Positions 1 to 9,481 of a stretch of 45,787 bases of DNA are shown in pieces. Numbering within the stretch: position 1 is the stretch's first letter; each line of letters opens with the position of its first letter. The stretch comes from Candidatus Gastranaerophilales bacterium. Lineage in GTDB: Bacteria > Cyanobacteriota > Vampirovibrionia > Gastranaerophilales > Gastranaerophilaceae. The translations under genes were made by a program, and so were the position numbers. A model generated the notes under the pieces. It ran no database searches, was not told where the DNA came from, and worked only from the letters and a program-made list of their open reading frames with translations. Location: positions 1 through 45,787 of the forward strand of contig CALVGY010000001.1 in assembly GCA_944327215.1 (NCBI GenBank). The letters are read 5' to 3'.

Positions 1-1890
1 TTTTAATATTTCACAAGCTTTTTTTTTTTTTTTACCCTTACGATAAGGTCTGTCTGAAACAAGAGCGTGGAATGTATCTGCAACCGCAACAATACGAGCT
101 GCAAGAGGGATATTTTCACCTTTCAGATGTTCAGGATAACCGCTACCATCTACGTGTTCATGGTGATATTTTACAATAGGAATTAAGTCACGTAATGCAT
201 CATTTGGTGCAAGAACTTTTTCAGCACCAATTACAGGGTGTTGTTTCATAATTTCCCATTCTTCACCTTCAAGTTTGCCAGGTTTTTTCAAAACGTTTTC
301 CGGAATTCCGATTTTTCCTACATCATGAAGCAATGCACCAAGTTTAATTCGTTCAACTTCATCTTCAGGCAAATTAATAGCACGTGCAAGAGCTTCGGAA
401 TATCTTGAAACAGAAGTTGAATGACCCTTTGTATACGGGTCTTTTGCATCAATTGCACCGGCAAGAGAATTTGCAAGTTCCATAAGGTGATTATGAGATA
501 CAATTTGTTCGTTATTGAATTTGTGTAAAAGTTCTTCGCCAAAATCAATACCCAATTGAGAATGACGTTTTGCAACAACTTCGGCAAATGAATTTAAGGC
601 CTCATCATCCCAAAAGTTGTAATCTGCAGAACTTACAATCGCAGACATTCCTTCTTTGTAACCCTTTGCCTGAGAAATATACATTGCCTGTTCTGCCAAA
701 ATCAAAAGCTTTTCTTGGTCTTTGCTGCATTCAGGATAAGTCGCAATACCAACGGCAACTTTTACAGGGCCTACATCATCTACAAAACAGCAAGATAAAC
801 AATATGTAATATATTCAGCTAAATACTTTGCATCAGCAGTACTTGTATCAGGCAAAATTATTGCAATTTCATCACCGCCGTATCTGCCAGCCTTATCTGT
901 ACTTCGAATATTTTGTTTTACTTTTTCTGCCAAAAGTTTGATAACTTCATCACCTTTATAATGCCCGAGTTCTCTGTTAATTTTAGAAATATTATTGATA
1001 TCGAGCATTATTATAGAAAGATTTGATTCATTTTCTTCAGCCTTTTTCAATTCAGCAGAAAGAACTTCCTGAAATCCACGGTGAGTATAAAGACCTGTCA
1101 AAGTATCAGTATTAGCATATTTATTAGTTTGTTCCAACAGCTCTACATTCTGCATAAATAATGCACAATAATTTGCAATAAATGAAAACAAACCAATATG
1201 GTTTTCCAAAGAATCTTTCCCAACAATCATAACACCTTTACAACCACTTGTTGAATTGAGAGGAAATATATAAGCAGATGATTCTCTTAAATAAGGAATA
1301 TTTAAAAATTTATTATTATCTTCTACAATTATTTTGTTTTCTTTAAAACATTGAATAATAGGATTGCTTTCGTCAGAAAGCACTAACTTGGAAGAATATG
1401 TACTGCCTAAAGAATTAAAAAGTTTTACATTAATACATTTTGATTGTTCATGCACAATCCCGAATGCAGTAAAGACACTTCTTAACTTCTCGGTAAATAA
1501 TTCATGAATTGCTGCAAACATCTCATGAACCGTTGTTTTACCTTCAAGAGCATTGTTCAAATTGTATACAAAATCAACATAATCAACAACTCTATGTGAG
1601 CTTGCTGTATTTGTCATGTAACCTGCATACATTCTGTTTGATGTTTTGTTGGTGTTGAAATTATTAATGCGCGCAACAATGTTTGAAGTATTCTGTGCAA
1701 TAGGATCTGTTACTGTTTTCTCTTCTTGTGTAACCGGTTTTGTTGCATCTATAAGTTCTGCATTCTTAATTTCGCGTTTTTTTAAAGAATTTATAGTTTT
1801 AGAAAGCGGGTTAGTTGCCGTTTTTGTATTTTTTGACGGCAATTTAGGCTGCTTAACCTTTTCTAACATTTTTTCTTTATTTTCGCTCAA
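1..1890 (-). CDS. GAF-like/GGDEF/HD-GYP c-di-GMP turnover protein (3' end runs off the window)
   Basis: Not in the ORF track because no stop lies inside the window. Manual translation gives GRYGGDEI (~866-890), LHDVGKIGIP and HHEHVDGSGYP...VADTFHALVSDRPYRKG. Start is TTG 1890 after AGGTG, or ATG 1869. Confidence 0.9.
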   Translation of the reverse strand, partial: MSENKEKMLEKVKQPKLPSKNTKTATNPLSKTINSLKKREIKNAELIDATKPVTQEEKTVTDPIAQNTSNIVARINNFNTNKTSNRMYAGYMTNTASSHRVVDYVDFVYNLNNALEGKTTVHEMFAAIHELFTEKLRSVFTAFGIVHEQSKCINVKLFNSLGSTYSSKLVLSDESNPIIQCFKENKIIVEDNNKFLNIPYLRESSAYIFPLNSTSGCKGVMIVGKDSLENHIGLFSFIANYCALFMQNVELLEQTNKYANTDTLTGLYTHRGFQEVLSAELKKAEENESNLSIIMLDINNISKINRELGHYKGDEVIKLLAEKVKQNIRSTDKAGRYGGDEIAIILPDTSTADAKYLAEYITYCLSCCFVDDVGPVKVAVGIATYPECSKDQEKLLILAEQAMYISQAKGYKEGMSAIVSSADYNFWDDEALNSFAEVVAKRHSQLGIDFGEELLHKFNNEQIVSHNHLMELANSLAGAIDAKDPYTKGHSTSVSRYSEALARAINLPEDEVERIKLGALLHDVGKIGIPENVLKKPGKLEGEEWEIMKQHPVIGAEKVLAPNDALRDLIPIVKYHHEHVDGSGYPEHLKGENIPLAARIVAVADTFHALVSDRPYRKGKKKKKACEILK

Positions 1891-2233
1891 ATTCACACCT
1901 ACTTAGCACACTTTTTTTATATAAAACATCTGACAAAAAAATTTTGCCTGATTCAAAATGCGAGTTTACATTCCTTAAACTATTTTATAATACTTCGCAT
2001 AAAAAACAATACGCCATTTAGATGGCATATATATCGTTTATAAAAACAATATAATCATAAATCCTTTTTATAAAACACAATTTCTACTACAAATATAGTA
2101 TAACTCTTAAGCCATGTTTTTTCTATACTTTTTCTTAGAATTTTACACAAATTAATATCTTTAAATCTATTTGTTAAAAATTAGACTATAAGACTTTTCA
2201 TGATAAAATTAATTATATAAATTGGTTAAAGAT

Positions 2234-2767
2234 ATGGAATTCACAGAAAAAACATTAGATTCACAATTATTATATGAAGGCAGAGTCGTCAAAGTATTCA
2301 AAGACAGTGTTGAGCTTTCTACAGGACAAAAATCTTTCAGAGAAGTCGTTAAACATTCAGGCGGTGTTGTAATTTTAGCTAAAAAAGAAGATAAAATTCT
2401 GCTTGTAAAACAATTCAGATATCCATTAAAAGAAGTTTTGTATGAACTTCCGGCAGGCAAACTTGAATATGGGGAAGATCCTTTTGAAGCAGCAAAAAGA
2501 GAACTGGAAGAAGAAACAGGATATTGCGCGAATAAATGGAGTGATTTAGGTTATGTTTACACATCTCCAGGCTACAGTGATGAAAAATTATACCTTTATC
2601 AAGCTGAAGATTTGGAATTTACACATTGCCATCCGGATGAAGGTGAAATTATTGAACCGCTGGAATATAAATATGATGATGTTTTAAAGATGATTAATAA
2701 TGGTGAAATCAACGACGCAAAAACTCTTTGTGCAATACTTAGAGCAAAAATATTAAAGGAAAAATAA
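2234..2767 (+). CDS. nudF: Nudix hydrolase, ADP-ribose pyrophosphatase-like
   Basis: Nudix box GKLEYGEDPFEAAKRELEEETG; REVVKH, YTSPG and DAKT motifs. Alternative TTG start at 2222. Confidence 0.85.
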   Translation: MEFTEKTLDSQLLYEGRVVKVFKDSVELSTGQKSFREVVKHSGGVVILAKKEDKILLVKQFRYPLKEVLYELPAGKLEYGEDPFEAAKRELEEETGYCANKWSDLGYVYTSPGYSDEKLYLYQAEDLEFTHCHPDEGEIIEPLEYKYDDVLKMINNGEINDAKTLCAILRAKILKEK

Positions 2768-2771
2768 AATC

Positions 2772-3572
2772 ATGCCTGACAAAAAAATAAAAATGGTTGC
2801 AACAGACATAGACGGCACAATTGTAAAATGGGATACAGGATTTTCTGACGGTGTAAAAAATTGCATCAAAAACCTTTGCCAAAATGGAGTAAAAGTTGTA
2901 CTTGTCACAGGTAGAATGCATTGTGCGACCCATCATATTACAAAAGAATTAGGACTTAAGACTCCTGTAGTTTCATATCAGGGCGGTTTAATAAAAGATT
3001 GTGACGGCAATACTTTATATCAGCAAAATCTGGATTCTGAACTTGCAAAACAAATCATAAAATGGGCAAGAGAAAATAATGTTCATATAAATCTGTATAT
3101 CGACGACAAATTGTACGTTGAAAAAGATGATGATTGTGTTAAAAAATATACTGACGGCAAATTTGTATCATATACAGTGTGCCCATTTGATGATTTAGAA
3201 ATTAAAAATGTTAATAAAATTCTTGCAATTGATTACGGTAATGCAGAAAGAGTTACAGGCTGGATAAACGAATTACAAAAAAAATTCCCGCAATTATACA
3301 TAGTTAAATCAACTCCATATTTTTGTGAAATCGGAAGTGCACAAGCAAAAAAATCTTTGGGCGTTGAATTTTTAGCAAAAAAATGGGGACTTACAAAAGA
3401 TGAAATTTTAACAATCGGAGATCAAAATAACGACATAGAACTCTTAAAAGCAGGCGGGGTTAAAGTTGCGATGGGCAATTGCACTCCTGAATTAAGAGCA
3501 TGTGCAGATTACGTAACAGATACCGTTGAAAATGACGGTTTTGTAAAAGCGATGGAAAAATATGTAATATGA
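2772..3572 (+). CDS. Cof-type HAD-IIB hydrolase
   Basis: DIDGT, TGR, GDQNNDIELL and AMGN motifs. Confidence 0.9.
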   Translation: MPDKKIKMVATDIDGTIVKWDTGFSDGVKNCIKNLCQNGVKVVLVTGRMHCATHHITKELGLKTPVVSYQGGLIKDCDGNTLYQQNLDSELAKQIIKWARENNVHINLYIDDKLYVEKDDDCVKKYTDGKFVSYTVCPFDDLEIKNVNKILAIDYGNAERVTGWINELQKKFPQLYIVKSTPYFCEIGSAQAKKSLGVEFLAKKWGLTKDEILTIGDQNNDIELLKAGGVKVAMGNCTPELRACADYVTDTVENDGFVKAMEKYVI

Positions 3573-3579
3573 GGTCAAA

Positions 3580-4056
3580 ATGTACAGAATAGGACTTGGT
3601 TACGATATACATAAACTTACGGAAGGCAGAAATTTAATCATTGGCGGGGTAAAAATTACGCATGAAAAAGGGCTTCTCGGTCATTCCGATGCAGATGTTT
3701 TAATCCATGCGATTATAGATGCAATGCTTGGGGCTTTAGCACTATCTGATATCGGAACCATTTTCCCTGACACTGACGAACTTTATAAAGATGCAGACAG
3801 TACTATTTTGTTGAAAGATGTTTATAAACTTATTAAAGAGAAGAAATACACAATAGAAAATCTTGACAGTAATATAATTGCTCAACAACCCAAAATGATG
3901 CCTTATATTCCGAAGATGAAAGAAATTTTGTGCCACATACTGGAAGTTGAACCTGAAAGAATTTCCATAAAAGCAAAAACAAATGAAAAAATGGATGCTG
4001 TAGGTCAAGAGCTTGCGATAGAAGCTCACGCTGTCGTGCTTTTGAAAAAGGTATAA
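3580..4056 (+). CDS. ispF: 2-C-methyl-D-erythritol 2,4-cyclodiphosphate synthase
   Basis: RIGLGYDIH, GHSDADVLIHA and SIKAKTNE motifs. Confidence 0.95.
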   Translation: MYRIGLGYDIHKLTEGRNLIIGGVKITHEKGLLGHSDADVLIHAIIDAMLGALALSDIGTIFPDTDELYKDADSTILLKDVYKLIKEKKYTIENLDSNIIAQQPKMMPYIPKMKEILCHILEVEPERISIKAKTNEKMDAVGQELAIEAHAVVLLKKV

Positions 4057-4071
4057 TAATTTAAATTACAA

Positions 4072-4407
4072 TTATTTATTCATTACAGATAAAATATTAT
4101 ATGCATCTTTCAATTTTTCAGGAGGAAATGTTTTTAATAATTGATTAATTTCATTTCTATAATTTATATGTTCCTGTAAAAGAAATATAGGTTTTTGTGT
4201 CATTAAAATACTTGGATGAACATTTAATACATTACACAAATTAGCATAAGTTTCAGCGGTAACAAAATTGATACCTGTTTCTACCCGATTGATTGTATTC
4301 TTATCTTTTCCAATAAGTTCTGCCAATTTTTCTTGAGTTATACCATTAGCTTTTCTTATTTCTTTAACAGAAGAACCAAAAATCTTTTTTATATCATTAC
4401 CATCCAT
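4072..4407 (-). CDS. XRE-family HTH transcriptional regulator
   Basis: IRKANGITQEKLAELIG...INRVETG helix-turn-helix. Confidence 0.85.
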   Translation of the reverse strand: MDGNDIKKIFGSSVKEIRKANGITQEKLAELIGKDKNTINRVETGINFVTAETYANLCNVLNVHPSILMTQKPIFLLQEHINYRNEINQLLKTFPPEKLKDAYNILSVMNK

Positions 4408-4462
4408 ATTAAATATATTATTTTATTTTTCTATCAATCGCCACTCTGTTTAGTGTAGTATG

Positions 4463-4479
4463 TATACGTTAAACGTATA
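4463..4479. promoter_or_regulatory. Perfect inverted repeat TATACGTT-A-AACGTATA, candidate operator
   Basis: Lies between the divergent XRE gene and the 4543 gene. Confidence 0.45.
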
Positions 4480-4542
4480 ATTTTAAATATTTGGTGTATT
4501 ATTATAAATGTTAAATGTATAGCAACTATAAAGGAGTATATT

Positions 4543-4863
4543 ATGACAAACAAAAAAATTACCAAAACACCTTACATTATTAGATTAGTAATTGATGAAA
4601 AAAGCTCAGAAACATATAGAGTAAGTAAAGATTTATTCATCATGGTTAAAAATATTATTAAACCATATCAATCTTTCAAAAACAAATCCAAAAAAGTAAA
4701 ATGCATTGAAACAGGAGAAATTTTTAAAAATGCAAAAGATGCTAATGATATGTTAATCGAAAAAGGTCTTTCATCAAGCTATGATGCTTATAATAGAATT
4801 AAGGAAGTATGTAATAACAAAAGAAAATCTGCTTACGGCCTGCATTGGGAGTTTGTTGACTAA
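4543..4863 (+). CDS. Small protein with NUMOD1/IENR1-like DNA-binding domain
   Basis: KKVKCIETGEIFKNAKDA...CNNKRKSAYGLHWEFV; AAGGAG RBS. Confidence 0.65.
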   Translation: MTNKKITKTPYIIRLVIDEKSSETYRVSKDLFIMVKNIIKPYQSFKNKSKKVKCIETGEIFKNAKDANDMLIEKGLSSSYDAYNRIKEVCNNKRKSAYGLHWEFVD

Positions 4864-4919
4864 AAATAATCAATGATAATAATCAATTATTTATATTTAA
4901 TTCGTGCTAAAATCAAACT

Positions 4920-5600
4920 ATGAATATAAAAGCAAAACTTTTGAAAAAATCTGAAAAAGATTATAAAAATTTTTCAGCCTCACTAATCCCAAATATAAAT
5001 AACGTTCTTGGAGTAAGACTTCCAACTTTACGAAAAATTGCCAAAGAAATCTATAAAAACAACGAATGGGAAGAATTTGTCAATCAACAAAAGTTTGAAT
5101 ATATGGAAGAAATTATGCTTCAGGGAATGGTTATCGGACTAATCAAAAAACAACCTGAAGAAATTTTGAAATATGTACAAAACTTTGTTCCTAAAATAGA
5201 CAACTGGGCTGTATGCGACAGCTTTTGCAACAGTCTTAAATTTACAAATAAAAATAAAGAATTGGTCTGGGCATTTTTGCAACCCTATTTCAAATCCGAT
5301 AAAGAATATGAAATTCGCTTTGGTTACGTAATGCTTTTATCTTACTTTATTGATGAATTTTATATTGATAAGGTTTTAAAATTAATAGACGATTTTAAAG
5401 ATGAAAGATATTATTCAAAAATGTCTGTTGCCTGGGCTCTTTCAATATGTTATATTAAATTCCCTGAAAAAACGCACAAATATTTACAGATTTCGCACCT
5501 TGACCCTTGGACCTTCAATAAAAGTATTCAAAAAATATGTGAATCATTCAGGGTTGAAAAAGATATTAAAACCATGTTAAAATCTCTAAAAAGAAGATAA
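4920..5600 (+). CDS. DNA alkylation repair protein (AlkD-like HEAT repeat)
   Basis: LGVRLPTLRKIAK, IDNWAVCD and YYSKMSVAWALS motifs. Confidence 0.85.
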   Translation: MNIKAKLLKKSEKDYKNFSASLIPNINNVLGVRLPTLRKIAKEIYKNNEWEEFVNQQKFEYMEEIMLQGMVIGLIKKQPEEILKYVQNFVPKIDNWAVCDSFCNSLKFTNKNKELVWAFLQPYFKSDKEYEIRFGYVMLLSYFIDEFYIDKVLKLIDDFKDERYYSKMSVAWALSICYIKFPEKTHKYLQISHLDPWTFNKSIQKICESFRVEKDIKTMLKSLKRR

Positions 5601-5604
5601 AAAA

Positions 5605-6498
5605 ATGGATATAACAACAGAAAAAAAATTAGCAGCAGGACTTTCAATAACCTCAAATGCTGTCATCATTATATTAAAACTTATAGCAGGTGTAATTTCA
5701 GGCTCAATAAGTATAATTTCTGAGGCTATACACTCCCTGAGTGATTGTCTGGCATCTGTTTTAACATTTTTTGCGGTTATGAAATCATCAGAACCTGCAG
5801 ATAGAGAACACCCTTTCGGACACGGCAAATATGAAGATATGTCAGGGTTTATCGAAGGCGGATTAATTATTTTTGCGGCTTTTTATATTATGTATGAAGC
5901 CGGCAAAAAATTATGTATGAATACCCCGTTTGAAGTTGATACAACACTTGGTATTGCTGTTATGTTATTTGCAGTTATCGCCAATTTTGTTGTAAGCAGT
6001 ATACTTTTCAAGGTCGCTAAAAAATCAAATTCTATCTCGCTTTTTGCTGACGGCGAACATTTAAGAACTGATATATATTCATCTCTAGGTGTAATGGTCG
6101 GTTTGATATTGATAAAAGTAACAGGTATAAATATTTTAGACCCTATAATCGCAATTCTTGTTGCTTTATTTATTTTAAAAGCAGGATATTCAATATCAAA
6201 AGAAACGCTTAATAATTTATTAGACGGTTCATTGCCTACAGAAGATTTGAAATCAATAGAAGAAATCATTCATTCATATAAAAGTGATTACACACTTGAT
6301 TTTAAAAATTTAAAAGCTCGTCGCTGCGGTCCTTCAACCGATATAGAATTGACAATGCTTTTCCCAAAAGATATGACAATCGAACAATGTCACGATATTT
6401 GCGATGAAGTGGAAGAGCTAATAAGGCAAAAACTCGGACATGTTACAATTATGATTCACGCCGAACCCGAAAATTGTAAGAAACATTTAAACAGTTGA
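5605..6498 (+). CDS. Cation diffusion facilitator (FieF-like) transporter
   Basis: EAIHSLSD, PADREHPFGHGK, HLRTD and C-terminal IHAEP motifs. Confidence 0.92.
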   Translation: MDITTEKKLAAGLSITSNAVIIILKLIAGVISGSISIISEAIHSLSDCLASVLTFFAVMKSSEPADREHPFGHGKYEDMSGFIEGGLIIFAAFYIMYEAGKKLCMNTPFEVDTTLGIAVMLFAVIANFVVSSILFKVAKKSNSISLFADGEHLRTDIYSSLGVMVGLILIKVTGINILDPIIAILVALFILKAGYSISKETLNNLLDGSLPTEDLKSIEEIIHSYKSDYTLDFKNLKARRCGPSTDIELTMLFPKDMTIEQCHDICDEVEELIRQKLGHVTIMIHAEPENCKKHLNS

Positions 6499-8547
6499 AT
6501 TTAAAATATTTATTATTGCAGACATTTCGTTTGCAAATTCTAAATTATTCAAATTTCTATCAGGATGGAATTTCAAAATTAATTTCCTATACTCTGTCTT
6601 CGATAAATTTGATAATTTATCAGGAGTAATTTCGAGTAATTCAGCAAGTCTTGTTTTTTCTGCCTGAGTTAAATTGTTTAAACCGCCCCTGCTTGCAACT
6701 TTTGCAGCAATATCTTTTGCATCATTAAGCATTTGGCTTGCAGCGTTAGCTGCATTCCCAGTGTTTCCTACATTCGCAGCGCCTCCTGTATTACCTGTTT
6801 TTGCGCCAGAACCTACCGATGATTTAGCCGGTACAACTTCTCCTGATGAAGGAGCTGAGCCTTTCGGAGGAACTTTTGCGAGTCCGGTTTCCGTCTTTGA
6901 TACATAACCAGAACCTTTTGGCACCTTCACTGAACGTAATGCGCTTACACCTTTAGCTACTCCTGCAGTTGCACCAGCCACAACACCTTCAACCATTGCT
7001 TGTCCTGCAATATCATTTAAAGTCTGAGAGTTAATATCACCGTCAACATCATTTGTAGCAAGGTCTGAAACTTCAGCTACCGTCCTTGCAGCCATGGTTG
7101 ATGCTGCAGTAATAGCTGCAGTTGCAGCTAAAGAAGTTCCTCCTGTTGCTACCGCTGCCGCTGCAGAAGCAGCTACAACTACTGTCGTTTTAACAGCCGA
7201 AGCGCCTTCTTGCTGAGATATATTGTAATCCATTACACGTTTATGAATATCATTTTTTGTACCGTAAGCTTTTTTATAATTCTCATCGGTTGGGTTTGCT
7301 TCATAAGCGGCAATATTTTTAGGGTTGTATGAAACCCCGTAAATTTCTTTAAATTTTGCGCTAAATTCCGCTGCACCTTTAGACTGGGCTGCTTGTAACT
7401 CTTTTAGTTGATTTTCATAAGTTTTTAAATCTTCTTCAACTTTCACAGCTCTGTTATCAGAGTTCCATAAAACACTAACTGCATCAGCAGTTTTACCGGC
7501 CCAACCATCCTCAGCCTTTTGTTGTTCAAAAGCAGCTCTAGCATTTTTAACTGTTTCTTTTTGAGCATTCACAGCTGTGTACTCATTTTCACGTCTTTCA
7601 TAATATTCTTTTTTAAGCATTGTACCGTCTGCCGCAAAATAATATGTATCACCGTTCTCAGCGGTGTAAGAATATCTCCCAGAACCATTTTCAGAAACTT
7701 TTCGTTTATCAGCAGATGCCTCTTTAGCTTCATAATAACTCTGTTTTAATTCGGTACCATCAGCCGCATAATATTTCGTTTCACCGTTTTGAGTAATTGT
7801 ATACCTGCCGGTTTTGCTTTGAGTTTTAAAGCCATAATGGGATTGGTCAACAACGGCATTAATATCGGTCATTTTAACTTGAGTCCCGTCATTTAATGTA
7901 ACATTTTCAGGAAGTATAATTTCAGAAGGCATATTTGCAGCTTTTGGATCAACATTATTTTGAGCTTTAAGTTGACGAACTATTTCCATAGTTTGTTTAT
8001 GGTCAGTAATACCGTATTTTGCCTGAACAATACCATACCAAGTATCTTTATAATTAACTTTATATTGATGATTTGTATCTTCAGTATTTGTAGTCTCTTG
8101 TGAATCTTCTGCGAATGTTGATTCAACAGGCTCTTCAACAGGCTCTTCAACAACTTCTTCAATAGGTTCCTTTATAGGTTCCTCAACAACTTCTTTTACA
8201 GGATTTTCAACAGGAGTTCTATTTGCTGTAGTTTGTTGTGTATACATATCATTTAGAGCAGCATAAAAATTTTTTATATCAGATCTTTTCTTTCCGAATA
8301 AGTTAAGTTTTCTTACTTCTCTTTTTGATAGTACATCATCATCACCTGCACCATTTGTTAAAAAAGATTTTAAAAACTCAATTTCTTTTTCATCAAGTTT
8401 ACCGTCTTTATTAAAATCAAATTTTTCAAAAATAGATTTGTTAATATCATTTTTTTTAATACCGCCCTTTAAAGCATTCAAATCTATTTGTTTTCCTTTT
8501 TTACCCAGTTTTAAAAATTCAATACCGTTATTTTCAATACCGCTCAT
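6487..8547 (-). CDS. Multidomain hypothetical protein: EF-hand-like, LysM-like, YYAADG repeats, hydrophobic Ala/Gly segment, C-terminal J-domain-like HPD
   Basis: 686-aa ORF with AGGAGG RBS; DFNKDGKLDEKE; YKVNYKDTWYGI; YRKLILKFHPDRN. Confidence 0.75.
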   Translation of the reverse strand: MSGIENNGIEFLKLGKKGKQIDLNALKGGIKKNDINKSIFEKFDFNKDGKLDEKEIEFLKSFLTNGAGDDDVLSKREVRKLNLFGKKRSDIKNFYAALNDMYTQQTTANRTPVENPVKEVVEEPIKEPIEEVVEEPVEEPVESTFAEDSQETTNTEDTNHQYKVNYKDTWYGIVQAKYGITDHKQTMEIVRQLKAQNNVDPKAANMPSEIILPENVTLNDGTQVKMTDINAVVDQSHYGFKTQSKTGRYTITQNGETKYYAADGTELKQSYYEAKEASADKRKVSENGSGRYSYTAENGDTYYFAADGTMLKKEYYERRENEYTAVNAQKETVKNARAAFEQQKAEDGWAGKTADAVSVLWNSDNRAVKVEEDLKTYENQLKELQAAQSKGAAEFSAKFKEIYGVSYNPKNIAAYEANPTDENYKKAYGTKNDIHKRVMDYNISQQEGASAVKTTVVVAASAAAAVATGGTSLAATAAITAASTMAARTVAEVSDLATNDVDGDINSQTLNDIAGQAMVEGVVAGATAGVAKGVSALRSVKVPKGSGYVSKTETGLAKVPPKGSAPSSGEVVPAKSSVGSGAKTGNTGGAANVGNTGNAANAASQMLNDAKDIAAKVASRGGLNNLTQAEKTRLAELLEITPDKLSNLSKTEYRKLILKFHPDRNLNNLEFANEMSAIINILNSTV

Positions 8548-8630
8548 AAAAACGTCCTCCTTATAAATTAAATAATGTATTTGTTTTTAGCAACGGCATA
8601 TCCTGCAAAAACTTTACTAGTGCCCCTTCC

Positions 8631-8655
8631 ATCCTATCCTATCCTATCCTATCCT
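8631..8655. repeat. (ATCCT)5 pentanucleotide tandem repeat
   Basis: Five perfect copies read directly from the sequence. Confidence 0.9.
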
Positions 8656-8827
8656 AGGAGGGATTATAAGCGGGTTTCAGGCATTTTTAAATCCAACTTT
8701 ACAATTTGTTACATATAATTTGGAATTATAATTACAAATTGTAACGATACCCTTTTCAAAACACTGTTTTTCAAGTATGCTTGGCGTGTGTGAATAAATT
8801 TTCACACCTCAATTAAGGAGAAAAAAT

Positions 8828-9469
8828 ATGCCAAAATTTAATTTGATGTCATACATCATGCCGCCTGAAGACAAGATGTTCTTTACATATTTTCAGGACA
8901 GTGCTGAAATTTGCCAAAAAACAGCAAGATTGTATGATGAAATTATGCACAATCATTTAACTGATGAATATAAAGAAAAAGCTTTGAAATACAAAAAGAA
9001 AGGTAAATTATCATATAAAGCTTGCCTTAAACAGCTTAACAAAAGCTTCATTACCCCAATTGAAAGAGAAGATATTCAAACAATTGCAGTTCAATTGAAT
9101 AAAATAACTAAAAAAATCGTAAAAGCCTGCCTTAATTTGGAAGTGTACAGATTAAACAACTACACTGACGAAATGAAAGAACAGGCTTTAACTTTAGTTC
9201 AAGCAACCGAAAAACTTGGCGAAATTACAAAACAATTCAAAAAAGTTTCTGACTTGGAAGAAATAACTGAATTAAATATTGAAATGAAAGAAATTGAATC
9301 ACACGGGGATGAAATTCACCGTCGTGCAATGGCAAATTTGTTTTCAGGCAAGTACGAAGCTCTTGATGTTATCAAATTAAGAGATATGTATAAAGAAATT
9401 GAAAACGCATTTGATGCATGCTTTTTCGTATCAGATACTATTTTGAATGTTGTTTTAAAGCAGTCTTAG
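8828..9469 (+). CDS. DUF47 / PhoU-like Pit accessory protein
   Basis: FITPIEREDI and IESHGDEI motifs; directly upstream of pit. Confidence 0.88.
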   Translation: MPKFNLMSYIMPPEDKMFFTYFQDSAEICQKTARLYDEIMHNHLTDEYKEKALKYKKKGKLSYKACLKQLNKSFITPIEREDIQTIAVQLNKITKKIVKACLNLEVYRLNNYTDEMKEQALTLVQATEKLGEITKQFKKVSDLEEITELNIEMKEIESHGDEIHRRAMANLFSGKYEALDVIKLRDMYKEIENAFDACFFVSDTILNVVLKQS

Positions 9470-9481
9470 GAATTATAAATT

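Noticed and set aside
318..1906. ORFs 318-587, 570-809 and 1646-1906
   Set aside because: Shadow frames overlapping the long GGDEF/HD-GYP gene.
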